Shown in pieces: positions 45,537 through 47,923 of a stretch of DNA of 47,923 bases (the first letter of the stretch is position 1; each line of letters opens with the position of its first letter). Under the pieces are notes generated by a model. It did no database searches and had not been told where the DNA came from. It saw nothing but the letters and a program-made list of their open reading frames with translations. The translations under genes and the position numbers were made by a program. Origin of the DNA: Verrucomicrobiota bacterium (GTDB lineage Bacteria > Chlamydiota > Chlamydiia > Chlamydiales > SM23-39); assembly GCA_028873295.1 (NCBI GenBank), contig JAGWKO010000004.1:1-47923 (forward strand). The letters are read 5' to 3'.

Positions 45537-47636
45537 ATGAATAACACAATAAATTTATTTGACGTCGCGCAAAAAATACCTCACTTTCTATGGCAGGGAT
45601 TCCAATGTTCTGTAGAAGAAGACAGAATACACGTATCGCCTCTCTTCTCATTGGATCCACGTCTACTCGTAACTGCTGCCGATGCCTTAAGAGAGCGCCT
45701 ACACATGGGGGGCTATACCCGGTTTGCCGTATGCTTTTCTTCCACTGGACTGCTTCTCATCGACGGGCGAACTTTTGAACTGCAACTCGCACAATGGGTT
45801 GATCAAGAGGGAGGAGAAGCCATAGAAGCAGCAAGAAGAATTCGATGCGCTTTCTATAGTGGCAGCAGCTCTCTGTCATTAGACGAGCTTGGGTTGAAGA
45901 CCTTACCGCCAGTCTTTGACAGAATGAAAAATTTGAAATCCCTCGACTTATCCATCAATCAATTGACCGATGCTCCGATCTCGAGTCTCGTTAATCTGCG
46001 GGAACTCGACTTGGAAGGCAATCAACTCACTTGCCTTTCTGGGCTGGATGCTCTTGTCAATCTGGAATATCTCGACCTGTCCAGAAACAACTTTGCTGAG
46101 TTTCTGATTCCAGACACTCTCGTCAATCTGCAGCTCCTCAACCTATTCGACAACCTGCTGACCTCCCTTTCAGTTCCACCAACTCTTACCCAATTGCAGA
46201 CACTTGACCTATCTGACAACTTACTAACCGCGCTCCTTGGCCTGGACGCCCTCAGCAATCTGCAGGAACTCTTCCTATGCAGCAACCAGTTTTCTACTTT
46301 TTCACTCCCGAATACTCTTATCAATCTGCAAAAACTCGACCTATCCGGCAACAAGCTGACTGCCCTTTTGGGGTTGGACGCTCTTATCCATCTACGACAA
46401 CTCCTCTTATTTTCCAATCAGTTCCCTATCCTTTCAATCCCGAATACTCTTATCAATCTGCAGGAACTCAACCTATCCAATAACAAGCTGTCTCTCCTTT
46501 CAGTTCCGGATACCCTTGTCAATCTGCAGGAACTCCACTTAGACTGCAACGCCCTCACAGCCCTTTTGGTTCCGGACACCCTCGTCAATCTGCAACAGCT
46601 CGGTCTATGCGATAACGGGCTGACCGACTTTTCGATTCAAGGCATTCTTTTCAATCTAAATGCACTCGACCTCAGCTATAACTCCGATTTGCAAACATTG
46701 CCTCTGGTACTTAGCCAATGTACCAACCTCATCGATCTTTTTATAGAGGGCACTAGCATACCTCCCGAGCTTTGCGAGAGCATTTTGAACATCTGTGAAG
46801 ACCAAAGAGCTGCCGATGCACTACATGCGCTGCCCATGCGCTTAAATAACTGGATTAGCGCATCAAAAGAACCTCTGAATCTTGCATTCATTAACCAATT
46901 GAGTGAGAAAGAGAAATTAACCATTAATGAGTGGCTCGCCCGTCTTGAGAGAACAAATGATTTTACCACCAAACATCAACAGGCGCTAACTCATATTGTC
47001 TGCAAGATGCTCCTGTCGCTTGAAACCAACTCCGCATTTAAAGAGGTCTTCTTTACACAGGTGTCTGTCAACCAGACAGCATGTGGCGATCGCGCTGCAA
47101 TGGCTCTTAATGAGCTCTACCTCTCCTGGACACTCACCGCACTACCAGAAAACAGCACACAGGAAAAAAAGCTGCTCCTCATGGAATCCGCAGCAAAAAC
47201 AGTCGCCTTGCGCAATGCACTTGCACACCTGCTTTCAAACAAAGAGGAGAGGGAAAGCGTAGAAATCTACCTCTACTATGAAGTGACTCTGCAAAAGAGA
47301 CTGAATTTACTCACTGCATTTCAAAGCATGACCTTTACCGATATTGGAAAGCGCGTTTGGATCGATCAAGAGGCACTGGTCCAAACCGTAAATAACACCT
47401 ACCTTGACCAGCTTTGCACCCTTCCCCAGCTTCAGGAATTGGCAAGCAAAGACCCCCTATTTGTGACAGAAAGCAGAGCAATATCCCAAAAATCGTCAAA
47501 TGAGCTGGAAACAATTTCTGACCAACTAACTGATGTTGAGATAGCAAAAAAGGCAGACAGGATATTGGGAAGCAAGAGAAAAGCAGAAGAAGAGCTACTT
47601 CAAGAGTGGGTCCAAAAAAAGCGCAAAACACCCTGA
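45537..47636 (+). CDS. IpaH/SspH-like LRR plus NEL E3 ubiquitin ligase; putative effector
   Basis: Helical cap W...EA.RRI....LSL..LGLKTLP, about 13 LRRs, then a NEL domain with TACGDRA (catalytic CxD) and ESVEIYLYY. Confidence 0.88.
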   Translation: MNNTINLFDVAQKIPHFLWQGFQCSVEEDRIHVSPLFSLDPRLLVTAADALRERLHMGGYTRFAVCFSSTGLLLIDGRTFELQLAQWVDQEGGEAIEAARRIRCAFYSGSSSLSLDELGLKTLPPVFDRMKNLKSLDLSINQLTDAPISSLVNLRELDLEGNQLTCLSGLDALVNLEYLDLSRNNFAEFLIPDTLVNLQLLNLFDNLLTSLSVPPTLTQLQTLDLSDNLLTALLGLDALSNLQELFLCSNQFSTFSLPNTLINLQKLDLSGNKLTALLGLDALIHLRQLLLFSNQFPILSIPNTLINLQELNLSNNKLSLLSVPDTLVNLQELHLDCNALTALLVPDTLVNLQQLGLCDNGLTDFSIQGILFNLNALDLSYNSDLQTLPLVLSQCTNLIDLFIEGTSIPPELCESILNICEDQRAADALHALPMRLNNWISASKEPLNLAFINQLSEKEKLTINEWLARLERTNDFTTKHQQALTHIVCKMLLSLETNSAFKEVFFTQVSVNQTACGDRAAMALNELYLSWTLTALPENSTQEKKLLLMESAAKTVALRNALAHLLSNKEERESVEIYLYYEVTLQKRLNLLTAFQSMTFTDIGKRVWIDQEALVQTVNNTYLDQLCTLPQLQELASKDPLFVTESRAISQKSSNELETISDQLTDVEIAKKADRILGSKRKAEEELLQEWVQKKRKTP
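45985..46680 (+). repeat. Tandem 66-bp (22-aa) LRR-coding repeats
   Basis: Recurrent ctcgtcaatctgcaggaactc-type units encoding LVNLQELxLxxNxL. Confidence 0.85.
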
Positions 47637-47777
47637 GTGCTCTGTCAACATTAATTTTAGGGATTGGGCTGCGTGAAAGCTCCCGCGATTGAGTTGTCGA
47701 AGATGGGGGGTGTATTTTCTAATCTCGACTCTGACCCGATTGTGCAGAACCGCCGATTGTGATGGTTCCTGTAGTGG

Positions 47778-47923
47778 TATACCTTTCGTGAATGAAGAAT
47801 TGACGTGATAAAAATTTCAGTTGACAGCATAATGCTGGCATGAGTTTTTTAGATCCGTTCGAAAAAGAAGAACTTCTGGTTAAGCATAAAAAAGAACGTG
47901 ATGGCCGCGTTCGAGATCGAATC
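47778..47923 (+). mobile_element. Left end of a second IS630-family element (runs off window)
   Basis: TA target at 47778-47779 followed by TACCTTTCGTGAATGAAG, an IS630-type terminus, then a transposase start. Confidence 0.7.
47840..47923 (+). CDS. IS630-family transposase, N-terminal fragment (partial)
   Basis: MSFLDPFEKEELLVKHKKERDGRVRDRI matches the IS630 pattern 'L...HK.ERD.R..DRIKA'. Confidence 0.8.
   Translation, partial: MSFLDPFEKEELLVKHKKERDGRVRDRI

Noticed and set aside
45985-46680. Periodic DNA repeats as a CRISPR array
   Set aside because: In-frame 66-bp LRR-coding units without unique spacers; no cas genes.
1-47923. Whole window as a composite transposon bounded by IS630
   Set aside because: The two IS ends and transposase starts are dissimilar and the cargo is core housekeeping. 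More likely a contig broken at repeats.

Overview
Chromosomal segment of an environmental Chlamydiae (Chlamydiota) genome. The assignment is inferred from chlamydia-type FtsH, short FtsY, a SWIB protein, a MOMP/Lpg1974-like porin and the ftsY-sucC-sucD-htrA and tilS-ftsH gene orders. Both ends of the window run into the 5' ends of two different IS630-family elements. The backbone is housekeeping: htrA, M50 protease, sucCD, ftsY, osmC-like, priA, def, secG, tpiA, a hotdog thioesterase, an RRM protein, marC, RluA, brnQ, alr, lysE, a P3A H+-ATPase, cyoABCD, dedA, ftsH and tilS. Seven candidate host-directed effector genes sit in the junctions of this backbone. Three are paralogous F-box-like plus ~38-aa helical-repeat proteins, one is an F-box-like plus RNI-type LRR protein, and one is an IpaH-like LRR-NEL E3 ligase with a possible bipartite NLS. 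The last two are tandem ~900-970 aa kinases with atypical catalytic motifs and what looks like a second, degenerate kinase fold upstream (pseudokinase-kinase architecture). Several short palindromic or MITE-like elements and one small gene missing from the ORF track (DUF3096-like) were also found. No rRNA, tRNA or CRISPR array was seen. All family calls come from motif recognition by eye, with no database search.
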